Of a DNA stretch of 50,400 nucleotides, positions 15,059-23,681 are shown piece by piece. The notes under the pieces are model-generated. The model saw only the letters and a list, made by a program, of their open reading frames with translations. It did no database searches and had not been told where the DNA came from. The stretch lies in the IMG/VR virus record IMGVR_UViG_3300034651_000168. One strand, given 5' to 3'. How positions within the stretch are numbered: position 1 is the first letter of the stretch; each line of letters opens with the position of its first letter. A program made the translations under genes and the position numbers. This stretch comes from a virus.

Positions 15059-15952
15059 ATGCGCAAAGACGCTTATTACTTTTCTCATGATACGAACGCA
15101 AGGAGAGACCCGAAGATATTAGCAATGATAAGCGAGTTCGGAGCGGAAGGTTACGGAATATATTGGATGGTTATAGAAATGTTGGCCGAACAGGAAGGAT
15201 ACAAGTTAGAACATAAAAAATGGGTATCGCATGCGATTGCTATGGAAACGCAATGCGAACGCAATACGGTTGTATCCTTCATCGAAAAAGGAATCGAGGA
15301 TTACGAATTATTTAAGTCAGATGGTGAATATTTTTGGAGCGAATCGTTACTAAGGCGAATGGAAATAAAAGATTCTAAACGAAAAAAGAGAAGTGAAGCA
15401 GGGAAGGCAGGAGCCTTGGCACGATGGGGAAAAGAGAAGAAAAAAGAAGATAACAAGGAATGGCAATCGCATGGCAATCGCATGGCAGACGCATACGAAC
15501 GCAATGCGGATTATAGCAAAGGAAAGGAAAGGAAAGAAAAGGAAAGTAAAGAAAAAGAGATACGTTCCAAATATAAATTTGAAACGCACCATATGAAATT
15601 AGCCGAACTACTCTTTAAGAAGATTCAAGAGAATAATCCTAATGCAAAGAAACCTAGCTTGGAATCATGGGCAAACACATTTCGTTTGATGATGGAACGA
15701 GACGAACGAGAAGGAAAAGAAATTCAGCACCTTATCTTATGGACGCAGCAACATCATTTTTGGTACAAGAACATCTTATCTGCAGATAAATTAAGAAAGC
15801 AGTACGACAGATTATTACTAGAAATGAAAGACGATAACAAAGCAAAAGTTATAGGTGGTGAAAGTAATGGAACACATCGGAGAAAGCCTAAAACGAGCTA
15901 TGAAGGAACAGACGTTGCCGAGTTGGACTTTAATAAGAGAAGGATATTGTGA
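15059..15952 (+). CDS. replisome organizer (DUF4373 N-terminal domain plus DnaD-like C-terminal region)
   Basis: AYYFSHDTNARRDPKILAM...GAEGYGIYWMVIEML matches the Lin1244/Lin1753-like N-terminal pattern. Start at 15059, behind SD GAGGGTGAGGA. Confidence 0.7.
   Translation: MRKDAYYFSHDTNARRDPKILAMISEFGAEGYGIYWMVIEMLAEQEGYKLEHKKWVSHAIAMETQCERNTVVSFIEKGIEDYELFKSDGEYFWSESLLRRMEIKDSKRKKRSEAGKAGALARWGKEKKKEDNKEWQSHGNRMADAYERNADYSKGKERKEKESKEKEIRSKYKFETHHMKLAELLFKKIQENNPNAKKPSLESWANTFRLMMERDEREGKEIQHLILWTQQHHFWYKNILSADKLRKQYDRLLLEMKDDNKAKVIGGESNGTHRRKPKTSYEGTDVAELDFNKRRIL
15229..15509 (+). repeat. repeat cluster inside the organizer gene (candidate lytic origin)
   Basis: Tandem 11-mers TGGCAATCGCA x2 and TGGCAGACGCA (15461-15493). 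An inverted copy GCATGCGATTGC is at 15229-15240. AACGCAATGCG-type repeats are at 15247-15269 and 15496-15509. Confidence 0.5.
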
Positions 15953-16703
15953 CGGTTGCGAATATCCTATAAAGGTTTACGAAACGGAAATATTAGGTGG
16001 ACCGAAAAAGGGAGAAAAAACCGAAGTCACATACGGTTGTAAATGCGAGGATATAAAGATTGCGAAACAGGCATTAGCGAACAAGCGAAAAGATGAAATT
16101 AGGAAAGTCAGAAAACATTTCGATTCCTATTCGCTTATCAGTAAAAAGTTGAAAAAAGCGACCTTGGAGAATTACAAGCCACAGAATAAATCGCAAGCTA
16201 TCGCAAAACGAAGCGTGGAAAAGTTTATTGATACGTTCGATTTAGACGAGCCGATGAACATTCTTTTTACAGGCGGTTATGGCGTAGGAAAAAGCCATCT
16301 AGCAAAAGCATTAACCGATGGAATCATGGAAAAAACGAACCCAAACACCGAACAGAAATACAGATCTATTTTTATTAGCGTTCCTAAGTTGTTGAGGAAA
16401 ATACGAGCAACTTATAATCCAGATTCAGATGTCAGTGAGGATGACATTTTCAGCGTTTTAGAAGATGTTGACGTTCTAGTTTTAGATGATATAGGAGCGG
16501 AAAGGCAAAGCGATTGGACAGACGAACGGTTATTTGACCTAATCGACAGCCGACAGGGAATGCATACGATTTACACAAGCAACTATGGAGTAGATGATTT
16601 GATGGAGTTGTTAGAGGAACGGAATTTTAGCCGAGTAGTGAACGAGGATACCTACATTATCAAAGTGGAAGGAAAGAACTACCGATTAAGCGATTTACAG
16701 TAA
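15867..16703 (+). CDS. DnaC/IstB-like AAA+ helicase loader
   Basis: Walker A GGYGVGKSHLA and Walker B VLVLDDIG, with an N-terminal Cys cluster. Overlaps the organizer gene by 86 nt. Confidence 0.8.
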   Translation: MEHIGESLKRAMKEQTLPSWTLIREGYCDGCEYPIKVYETEILGGPKKGEKTEVTYGCKCEDIKIAKQALANKRKDEIRKVRKHFDSYSLISKKLKKATLENYKPQNKSQAIAKRSVEKFIDTFDLDEPMNILFTGGYGVGKSHLAKALTDGIMEKTNPNTEQKYRSIFISVPKLLRKIRATYNPDSDVSEDDIFSVLEDVDVLVLDDIGAERQSDWTDERLFDLIDSRQGMHTIYTSNYGVDDLMELLEERNFSRVVNEDTYIIKVEGKNYRLSDLQ

Positions 16704-16720
16704 AGCGAGGGGGAATCTAT

Positions 16721-16876
16721 ATGCGTTTAGCGTTTCAAATACTCATGATATTTATAATCGTTATCACGTTTATTGGAAGCGTAGGAGAAAGCGACAACAA
16801 GGAATTAAGACAAAATATGATTGCCTTATGTATAGCAAGTATAGCAGGATTTGTCGTCGTTACTTGGCTCTTATAA
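16721..16876 (+). CDS. small membrane protein (51 aa, not in the ORF track)
   Basis: SD GAGGGGGAA. Two hydrophobic segments: MRLAFQILMIFIIVITFIG...IALCIASIAGFVVVTWLL. Confidence 0.5.
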   Translation: MRLAFQILMIFIIVITFIGSVGESDNKELRQNMIALCIASIAGFVVVTWLL

Positions 16877-16892
16877 AAAAGGAGGAAAACAC

Positions 16893-17108
16893 ATGATTGA
16901 TATTTTGAAAGAAGTAATGAGAAATTATGCGAAGGTTGCGCCACACGCCAATAAGATTAAGGAAAACAAGTTACGAATCTATGAATTATCGAAAGAACTT
17001 CCAAACGAACAAGGATTGGAACTCATTCAACTTCACGATAGTTCTGTTGAGGAAATACGGAAAATGCACAAAAAACTTCACGAAAGGAATAACTGGAAGG
17101 AAGAATAA
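16893..17108 (+). CDS. hypothetical protein
   Basis: ATG at 16893 behind SD AAAGGAGGAAAA. Confidence 0.65.
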   Translation: MIDILKEVMRNYAKVAPHANKIKENKLRIYELSKELPNEQGLELIQLHDSSVEEIRKMHKKLHERNNWKEE

Positions 17109-17111
17109 GGA

Positions 17112-17360
17112 ATGGCGTTGCCGAAGCTAGAAGAGACAGAAGGATTTTACGGTGGGGGAATCGTTCAGCTTTTTAACGATTTAAGCATTGAATTTAGCGG
17201 AGATATGATGAAAGAAATCAAGAAGAGGTATAACGAAGGATACTCATTCGAGGAAATAGGAGAGTACACGAAACGAGACCCCGACGAAATATTCCTGGCA
17301 TTATTCCATATTGCAAGACAAGATGGCGATATTCGACCAGTAGGCAGGAGATTCAAATAA
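17112..17360 (+). CDS. hypothetical protein
   Basis: ORF closely following the previous stop. Confidence 0.6.
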   Translation: MALPKLEETEGFYGGGIVQLFNDLSIEFSGDMMKEIKKRYNEGYSFEEIGEYTKRDPDEIFLALFHIARQDGDIRPVGRRFK

Positions 17361-17480
17361 AGCGATTCTAGGCGTTTCAATCTAGTTGAGGATTAAACCT
17401 ACTAGGAATGGAATATAAGAGCAAATTGACAAGGTTATGAAGCGATTTGGACTATATTAGAGAAAGAGAGAGATTATAAA

Positions 17481-17789
17481 ATGGATTTAATTGAATTAGT
17501 GAAGAACGTAGAAAAATGGAGCATCGACAGAGGATTAGATAAAGCGGATAGTAGCAAGCAGTTCCAAAAAGTAGCAGAAGAATTTGGAGAAATTGCAAGA
17601 GCGTTAGCACGAGGGGATAAAGAGGGATTAAAGGACGGAATCGGTGATGAAATTGTAACGTTGATTATCCTAGCACAGCAGAACGGATTCACCTTAGAGG
17701 AATGCCTTCAAACAGCCTATGATGAAATCGCAGACCGAAAAGGCAAAATGATTGATGGGGTGTTCGTAAAGGAGAGCGATATAAAATGA
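17481..17789 (+). CDS. MazG-like nucleotide pyrophosphohydrolase
   Basis: EEFGE...D-x-IGD helix pair typical of the all-alpha NTP-PPase fold. Confidence 0.7.
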   Translation: MDLIELVKNVEKWSIDRGLDKADSSKQFQKVAEEFGEIARALARGDKEGLKDGIGDEIVTLIILAQQNGFTLEECLQTAYDEIADRKGKMIDGVFVKESDIK

Positions 17790-17938
17790 ACGAGGAACAA
17801 CCGTACATTTTCCCTCAAGAGAAGGTTGAAACATTAGACGAAATCAAAGCGAAAATGGAATCAATCAACATCACGACAGACGATTTAAAGGATTATTACG
17901 AAAAGGGATATAAACCATCAAAAATAGGATTCTTATAA
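17786..17938 (+). CDS. small hypothetical protein (50 aa, not in the ORF track)
   Basis: ATGA overlap with the mazG-like stop. Confidence 0.5.
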   Translation: MNEEQPYIFPQEKVETLDEIKAKMESINITTDDLKDYYEKGYKPSKIGFL

Positions 17939-17950
17939 GGAGCGGTATAC

Positions 17951-18214
17951 ATGTTATTTTTCGAAATACACGAGCCATATTACGCTTTAATTAAAGCCGA
18001 GGATAAAGAGACAGCCAAACTAGAATACGAAGCAGCAGTCGCATTTCTTGAAGATGAAGATGGAGCGATAGAGGAAGTTGATAAAGATTACGCATTAGCC
18101 ACGTTTAGCCAATCCAAAGATGAAGAAGGAGAACTATTAGACGTAAGCGAGATACTGCAGGAATTTAAAGACGAAAATCGTTCAGTATTACTTATTGATG
18201 GGACATTAATATAA
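17951..18214 (+). CDS. hypothetical acidic protein
   Basis: ORF with SD AAGGAGCGG. Confidence 0.65.
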   Translation: MLFFEIHEPYYALIKAEDKETAKLEYEAAVAFLEDEDGAIEEVDKDYALATFSQSKDEEGELLDVSEILQEFKDENRSVLLIDGTLI

Positions 18215-18239
18215 TTCAAACTAAAAGGAGATAAAGACA

Positions 18240-18584
18240 ATGAAAAACCTAAACTACTTAAACGAATATCGAGTGCCAATGATGGGAGATTACGGAGACG
18301 CATATAACGGAGCATTCTTTATAACCGTTAAGAAGAAAACCTATTCAGTTATTGCTTCAAACGGGGAAGGTTGGGAGCACGTATCAGTCGCAGGAAAGAA
18401 TCATACACCTTCATGGTTAGTAATGAACGAAATAAAAGATCTGTTCTTCCATGAAGATGAAGCAGTTATGCAGTTACACCCAATAAAAGACGAGTACGTG
18501 AACAACCACAAGAATTGCTTACATTTATGGAGACCGATAAAAGAAAAGATTCCAACACCGCCAAAGTGGATGGTAGGAATATAA
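18240..18584 (+). CDS. hypothetical protein
   Basis: Conserved initiation region AAAGGAGATAAAGACAATG. Confidence 0.7.
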   Translation: MKNLNYLNEYRVPMMGDYGDAYNGAFFITVKKKTYSVIASNGEGWEHVSVAGKNHTPSWLVMNEIKDLFFHEDEAVMQLHPIKDEYVNNHKNCLHLWRPIKEKIPTPPKWMVGI

Positions 18585-18588
18585 AAAA

Positions 18589-18768
18589 ATGGAACAAGTA
18601 GAAAGATGCGAAAGGTGCAATCGACCATTAAGAAATGCAAAGAGTATCGAACGAGGTTTAGGGTACGTTTGCTATCGAAAAGAGACAAGAGAAAAAGCAT
18701 GGAAAGAGTTCCTTAAAATTCAAATGAACATTTACGAATTTATCGAGGAAGGAGATAAGACAGAATGA
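18589..18768 (+). CDS. DUF6011-like zinc-ribbon protein (59 aa, not in the ORF track)
   Basis: CERCNRPLRNAKSIERGLGYVCYRK pattern. Confidence 0.5.
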   Translation: MEQVERCERCNRPLRNAKSIERGLGYVCYRKETREKAWKEFLKIQMNIYEFIEEGDKTE

Positions 18769-18968
18769 ATATTATTTCTGAAACCATAAACCAGTATTAC
18801 TTTGGCGTTACCAAAGTAGTTCAAACAACAGAGGAAGATGAAGAAGGTTATCTTTACTTTACAAAGAAAATCTATTTTGCAGGAATCAAGATATTTCAAT
18901 CATCAGAACGTAGAAGGAGTTCGATAGCAGACGCAATTATGCAAGCGTGGGGAGGGAAAGTAGAATGA
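18765..18968 (+). CDS. hypothetical protein
   Basis: ATGA overlap with the upstream ORF. Confidence 0.65.
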   Translation: MNIISETINQYYFGVTKVVQTTEEDEEGYLYFTKKIYFAGIKIFQSSERRRSSIADAIMQAWGGKVE

Positions 18969-19072
18969 AAAAGATATGGGGAATCTTTGCAGGACTATCA
19001 ATATCACTTTCAATATTAATATTAATGATGATAGGCGAGTTTATCGAAGCTGTTCAAATATTAGGAGCGTAA
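18965..19072 (+). CDS. small membrane peptide (35 aa, not in the ORF track)
   Basis: ATGA overlap. MKKIWGIFAGLSISLSILILMMIGEFIEAVQILGA. Confidence 0.45.
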   Translation: MKKIWGIFAGLSISLSILILMMIGEFIEAVQILGA

Positions 19073-19085
19073 AGGAGAGAAAAAA

Positions 19086-19364
19086 ATGAGTAAAAACCCA
19101 TTAAGCAAAGATATTGACGCAGTATTAAATGACAATATCACAGATAAAGAACTTGAAGATTTAAAACAGGCAGTCAGAAGTTATATGAAATCGAGAGGAT
19201 TAAGCGATAAAAGCACCAAAGACCAAGTGGATTTAGTTCTTCTTCTATTTACGATTTTAGAAGTTCCAGAGAAGCGGTTTATGGACTTTATTAGTCGATT
19301 AAACGTATTGCAATTAAAGCGAATGGGAGCCATTGAATCTATTAAGAGTGGACAAATTCATTAA
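19086..19364 (+). CDS. hypothetical protein
   Basis: SD AAAGGAGAGAAAAAAATG. Confidence 0.7.
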   Translation: MSKNPLSKDIDAVLNDNITDKELEDLKQAVRSYMKSRGLSDKSTKDQVDLVLLLFTILEVPEKRFMDFISRLNVLQLKRMGAIESIKSGQIH

Positions 19365-19412
19365 GCGAAGCGAGGAATTATCCAACGCAATATAAAAGGA
19401 GCGATAAAAAGC

Positions 19413-19592
19413 ATGGGAATCGAATTAGGTTCAGTCATCGTTTGGGATTATAAATACTGGTTATTTGCAGGATACACAACAGACCAAGAGCATAAGCAAC
19501 GATACCGATTGCATGGATTAAACGGAAAAGTGGTTGAGCCATTAGAGGGAGAATGTAGCGTACTTATCGAGCCAAGCGAAATGAGGGAATAA
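19413..19592 (+). CDS. small hypothetical protein (59 aa, not in the ORF track)
   Basis: SD AAAGGAGCG. MGIELGSVIVWDYKYWLFAGYTTDQ... Confidence 0.5.
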   Translation: MGIELGSVIVWDYKYWLFAGYTTDQEHKQRYRLHGLNGKVVEPLEGECSVLIEPSEMRE

Positions 19593-19594
19593 CG

Positions 19595-19807
19595 ATGGGA
19601 AAGAAAAAAAGGAAAAAGCCGAATCCTGTTTACCTAAGAGGATTGGAAGAAGGAAGGAAACAAGGGGAGCAGGAAGCGTTAGACAAAATATATACCTATA
19701 TCAAAGAAAGAGTAATGACGATTGGAGAAATCGAAGGTATAGGAGAAAAGACAGTTTGGAAGATACATCAACATCTACTTGATGGAGTGGAAGGGGAGAA
19801 AGAATGA
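19595..19807 (+). CDS. hypothetical protein
   Basis: ORF tightly packed against its neighbours. Confidence 0.65.
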   Translation: MGKKKRKKPNPVYLRGLEEGRKQGEQEALDKIYTYIKERVMTIGEIEGIGEKTVWKIHQHLLDGVEGEKE

Positions 19808-20358
19808 GTAAAGGCAAACGAGGAATGATTTTAGAAAATATGGTGGAGTATTCCAATCAGACCTATAAAAACAAGGGTATGGCACAAATTGATAAAGTGC
19901 CTACCCCTTGGAACGTTCATTACAACAAACAGACAGGAAAAGTAATTCGAGCGTTCCCACAGAAAAAAGGAACGGTGGATTTTGTAGGAATCAGTCATGG
20001 GAGAGGGATAGCGTTTGACGCAAAGAACACAAAGAATCGAACGAGATTCCCACTAGATAACGTAGAACAGCACCAAGTCGATTATTTAATAAACTTCCAA
20101 GACCAAGGAGGAATAGCGTTCTTTATCATCTTTTTTGAAAAGCATAATGAAGCATACTTCATGCCAATAGACAAGTTTATCGGTTGGTGGGAAGACCAAT
20201 TCGAGGGAGGGAGAAAGAGTATACCTTATGATTGGTTCACGTTCAATGTCGATAGGATTCATTCAAGAAATGGCGTTCTGTTAGATTATTTAACGAATTG
20301 TGAGCCACTTGAAACGGTAAAAGGAAAATCCATAGAAAGAGAGAAAAAGGGTGTGTGA
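19804..20358 (+). CDS. recU: Holliday junction resolvase RecU
   Basis: GMILENMVEYSNQTYKNKGMAQIDKVPTPW...VDFVGISHGRGIAFDAKNTKN...FPLDNVEQHQVDYL matches the RecU pattern. Confidence 0.8.
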   Translation: MSKGKRGMILENMVEYSNQTYKNKGMAQIDKVPTPWNVHYNKQTGKVIRAFPQKKGTVDFVGISHGRGIAFDAKNTKNRTRFPLDNVEQHQVDYLINFQDQGGIAFFIIFFEKHNEAYFMPIDKFIGWWEDQFEGGRKSIPYDWFTFNVDRIHSRNGVLLDYLTNCEPLETVKGKSIEREKKGV

Positions 20359-20359
20359 G

Positions 20360-20827
20360 ATGGTAACAGTCCAAGATAAAGCGTTGAAATCGAAGTATAT
20401 AAAACGAATCGAAAAACATTTGCGGCAATATACAACCTACAAAATAGGAATGATGACGCTACAAAAACAACTAGACCACATCATGCCGAACGTTACAGCA
20501 ACTTATAAATTATCCGAGGGAAGCAACGGAACGTTTGAAATAACGAGCGATACCGAGGATTATGCGGTGGATAGAATCGAGAGTAAGAAAGCCTTAATGC
20601 TTCATGAAGATATAGAACGTTATGGAATCATTATCGAATCCATAGACCAAGCGGTTAGCGATTTAGACGAGATGGAGCGGAAGTTTGTTGAAGTAAGATA
20701 TATCAATCGAAAGACCATTGCACAAACGTCTATCGAGTTAGGATACAGCGAGAAGCACATTTTTAATTTACGTCATCAAGTCATGGATAAGTTGCTTATT
20801 TCGTTACGAGGATTAACACAAGAATAA
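20360..20827 (+). CDS. ArpU-family / sigma-70 region-4-like late transcription regulator
   Basis: C-terminal RYINRKTIAQTSIELGYSEKHIFNLRHQVMDKL HTH. Positioned just before the late genes. Confidence 0.65.
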   Translation: MVTVQDKALKSKYIKRIEKHLRQYTTYKIGMMTLQKQLDHIMPNVTATYKLSEGSNGTFEITSDTEDYAVDRIESKKALMLHEDIERYGIIIESIDQAVSDLDEMERKFVEVRYINRKTIAQTSIELGYSEKHIFNLRHQVMDKLLISLRGLTQE

Positions 20828-20847
20828 GCAAAGCGAGGGAAAGGGAA

Positions 20848-21081
20848 ATGAGAAAAATGTTTTATCTTATAGCAGGATTAATTATCTTATTAACCCTCTA
20901 TCTTTCATATTCAGCATATCAAGACGGACGGACGATTGAACGGTTGGAAAATAAAGTCGAGACACTAGAAGAATCGAACAAGGAATTGAAACAGGACAAG
21001 GAGGAATTAGAGGTTGATTATTCATCAGTAAGAGATAGGTTATGGAGCGTACAGAACTATATTGAAAAACATGAGAACTAG
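20848..21081 (+). CDS. membrane-anchored coiled-coil protein
   Basis: N-terminal transmembrane segment FYLIAGLIILLTLYLSY followed by heptad-rich sequence. Confidence 0.65.
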   Translation: MRKMFYLIAGLIILLTLYLSYSAYQDGRTIERLENKVETLEESNKELKQDKEELEVDYSSVRDRLWSVQNYIEKHEN

Positions 21082-21130
21082 AAGTTTTAGTGCAGTTTTT
21101 CGATACTGTTACGGGGATAACAAACAACTT

Positions 21131-21203
21131 AAAAGGTGATAGTATAAGAATTAGCAAGTTTCCCCCAGTTCAAGCTATCACCTTTTAGGTGGTGGCTTTT
21201 TTT
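21131..21203 (+). ncRNA. structured RNA element at the early/late junction carrying an anti-initiation-region sequence
   Basis: AAAAGGTGATAG (21131-21142) pairs perfectly with CTATCACCTTTT (21175-21186). The loop contains ATTAGCAAGTTTCCCCC (21150-21166). A terminator follows. Confidence 0.5.
21174..21203 (+). terminator. intrinsic terminator 34 nt upstream of the first late gene
   Basis: 10-bp stem GCTATCACCT-TTT-AGGTGGTGGC followed by T7. Confidence 0.8.
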
Positions 21204-21236
21204 GTTTTGTATCATAGAGAGAAAGAGGGAACGCCA

Positions 21237-22403
21237 ATGAAGATTTATAAGAAAAACAACGTATTCGAGGAAGCATTAGAGCGCATACGTTTTCTGTTCG
21301 ATGAATTTGAGGAAGTATGGGTATCTTTTAGCGGTGGGAAAGATAGCACCGTTATTTACAACCTTGCTAAAATCGTAGCAAGAGAAAAGGGGAAATTGCC
21401 CTTAAAGGTTGTTTTCCTAGACCAAGAAGCGGAATACGAGCACACGATTGAATTAGTCAGAGAAATTATGTATGACGAGGACGTAGAGCCATACTGGATT
21501 CAAGTTCCTATTAAGCTATTTAACGCCACATCAACACAAGATGAATGGTTGCTATGTTGGGACGAGGATAACCCCGATAAATGGATACGAGAGAAAGACC
21601 CTATTTCCTATAAAGAAAATCATTGGGGAACAGATCGTTTCGCAGACTTCTTCTTAAAGTTCATGAATGCGGAATCGAAGGCAAGAGACAACATGAAAAT
21701 GTGCTACCTAACAGGAGTACGCACCGAGGAATCACCTTCACGTTACATTGGATTAACTACTTCACCAACTTATAAATGGATTACCTGGGGAAAGAAAAAT
21801 CAGTATAACAAAAATACGTTTTCCTTCCACCCTATTTATGATTGGTCATACACAGACGTATGGAAAGCGATTCATGATAACGGTTGGGATTACAACAAGA
21901 TTTACGATTATCAATATCAGCATGGAGTAAGAACGCAGGATATGCGAGTGTCGAATCTTCACCACGAAACCGCAGTCCATCACTTGTTTTTCTTGCAGGA
22001 AGTCGAGCCAGACACCTACCAAAGATTAACGCAGCGAGTAAAAGGAATGGACACCGCAGGGAAGCTAGGGAGAGATGATTACTTTGTTACTGAACTTCCT
22101 TTTATGTTTAAGGATTGGAAGGAATACCGAGATTACTTGCTAGAAAAATTAATTACGAACGAGGAACACCGAGAGAAAATGCGAAAAGACTTCCACCGAA
22201 CGGAGAAGAAATATATTCCTGCGGTTAAAGCGAATTCTATTTATAAGACGCATATCAGTATTATTCTCACAAATGATTATCATGGTACGAAGCTAGGAAA
22301 CGCAGAAAACAGATGGCGTTTGCAGTTACGAGATTACGAGAGGGAGCGGAAACGAAATGCAATGGCTAAAAGAAAAGCTAAACGAGAGCAACGACAAAAA
22401 TAA
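21237..22403 (+). CDS. IbrA-like PAPS-reductase/PP-loop ATPase with DUF3440-like C-terminal domain
   Basis: PP-loop VSFSGGKDST. C-terminal MRVSNLHHETAVHHLFFLQEVEPDTYQRL pattern. Start at M17 of the track ORF. Confidence 0.65.
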   Translation: MKIYKKNNVFEEALERIRFLFDEFEEVWVSFSGGKDSTVIYNLAKIVAREKGKLPLKVVFLDQEAEYEHTIELVREIMYDEDVEPYWIQVPIKLFNATSTQDEWLLCWDEDNPDKWIREKDPISYKENHWGTDRFADFFLKFMNAESKARDNMKMCYLTGVRTEESPSRYIGLTTSPTYKWITWGKKNQYNKNTFSFHPIYDWSYTDVWKAIHDNGWDYNKIYDYQYQHGVRTQDMRVSNLHHETAVHHLFFLQEVEPDTYQRLTQRVKGMDTAGKLGRDDYFVTELPFMFKDWKEYRDYLLEKLITNEEHREKMRKDFHRTEKKYIPAVKANSIYKTHISIILTNDYHGTKLGNAENRWRLQLRDYERERKRNAMAKRKAKREQRQK

Positions 22404-23019
22404 ATTCCTAAACGAGTTACGAGAGTTTGTTCATGAACATTCACCAGTAAAACATAATCCAGTAGACCTTGTTCGATGGGTACCATACACAAAAGTTCAA
22501 GCGAACGATTATAACCCAAACCAAGTTGCTAAAAATGAAATGAGTTTACTTCACACAAGCATTAAGCATGATGGATACACACAGCCTATCGTTACGGTTT
22601 ATGACGAAAACCTAGATAAATACGTTGTCGTTGACGGATTCCACCGTTACAGCGTTATGCGGCACTATGAGGATATACGAAAAAGGAATAAAGGATTATT
22701 GCCAATCGTGGTTATCGAGAAGGATATTAACGACAGAATGGCGAGTACGATTCGACACAACCGAGCGAGAGGGAAGCATAGCGTTCAAGGAATGTCGAAC
22801 ATCGTATTTAACATGCTAGATAACGGTTGGACGGACGCAGAGATTATTCACGAACTAGGAATGGAGTATGAGGAATTAATTCGATTGAAACATATTACAG
22901 GATTCAGCAAGCTATTCGAGAACGCCGAGTATTCCAAGGCGTGGGAAACCAAAAAGCAATTAAAGCTAAAAAAGGAATATAAAGAAGAACAAAAAGAAAA
23001 GGAGAATGAGAATGGTTAA
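22357..23019 (+). CDS. IbrB-like ParB/Srx N-terminal domain protein
   Basis: VVVDGFHRY and STIRHNRARGKH motifs. Overlaps the IbrA-like gene by 47 nt. Confidence 0.65.
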   Translation: MQWLKEKLNESNDKNKFLNELREFVHEHSPVKHNPVDLVRWVPYTKVQANDYNPNQVAKNEMSLLHTSIKHDGYTQPIVTVYDENLDKYVVVDGFHRYSVMRHYEDIRKRNKGLLPIVVIEKDINDRMASTIRHNRARGKHSVQGMSNIVFNMLDNGWTDAEIIHELGMEYEELIRLKHITGFSKLFENAEYSKAWETKKQLKLKKEYKEEQKEKENENG

Positions 23020-23668
23020 AAAATGGGATTATGGCGGAGCACATGATAGATACCCGATTGAAGAAAATGAGGTATGGAGCGTAGACGATGGGAAAGGGAA
23101 GCTAAAACCGCATGACTTATACGAGCCTTTACCCGATTTTATGAAGGAAGCGGATATGGTTATTGTTGACCCTCCTTGGAACTTATCGAACGTCAATACA
23201 TTCTATACGAAAGCAGATAAGCGAGGGGAACATACGAAAACATTTAACGAGTTCTATCAGCAGTTATTCAAACAGATAGACGTTATCGACCCGAACATTT
23301 TATATACCGAGATTGGGAAGCAGAACGTCAATAAGTTTGTTGAGGAATTTGAGAAAAGATTCCCTTATGTTCAAGTATGGCAAATAACGTACTACAAGAA
23401 GCACCCTTGCTATTTCGTGAGAGGGAGCAAACATTCACCTTTAGAATCGTTCGATTATGAAGGAATGGACGAATGGGATGCCATTCTAAAAGCGTTGGAA
23501 ATCGAGGATTATTCAACCGTAGCAGACCTTTGTATGGGGAGAGGTTTAGTTGCGGTTGGCGCATACGATAACGATAAACGATTTGCAGGAACAGAATTAA
23601 ACAAGAAACGTTTGGCAGTCACCATTGAAAAAATAGCGAAAAAAGGCGGTAAATGGAAAAAAGAATAA
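23006..23668 (+). CDS. DNA methyltransferase (DPPW catalytic motif)
   Basis: VIVDPPWN motif IV precedes a SAM loop DLCMGRGLVAVG (beta-type order). Confidence 0.65.
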   Translation: MRMVKKWDYGGAHDRYPIEENEVWSVDDGKGKLKPHDLYEPLPDFMKEADMVIVDPPWNLSNVNTFYTKADKRGEHTKTFNEFYQQLFKQIDVIDPNILYTEIGKQNVNKFVEEFEKRFPYVQVWQITYYKKHPCYFVRGSKHSPLESFDYEGMDEWDAILKALEIEDYSTVADLCMGRGLVAVGAYDNDKRFAGTELNKKRLAVTIEKIAKKGGKWKKE

Positions 23669-23681
23669 AAGGGGAAGGACA

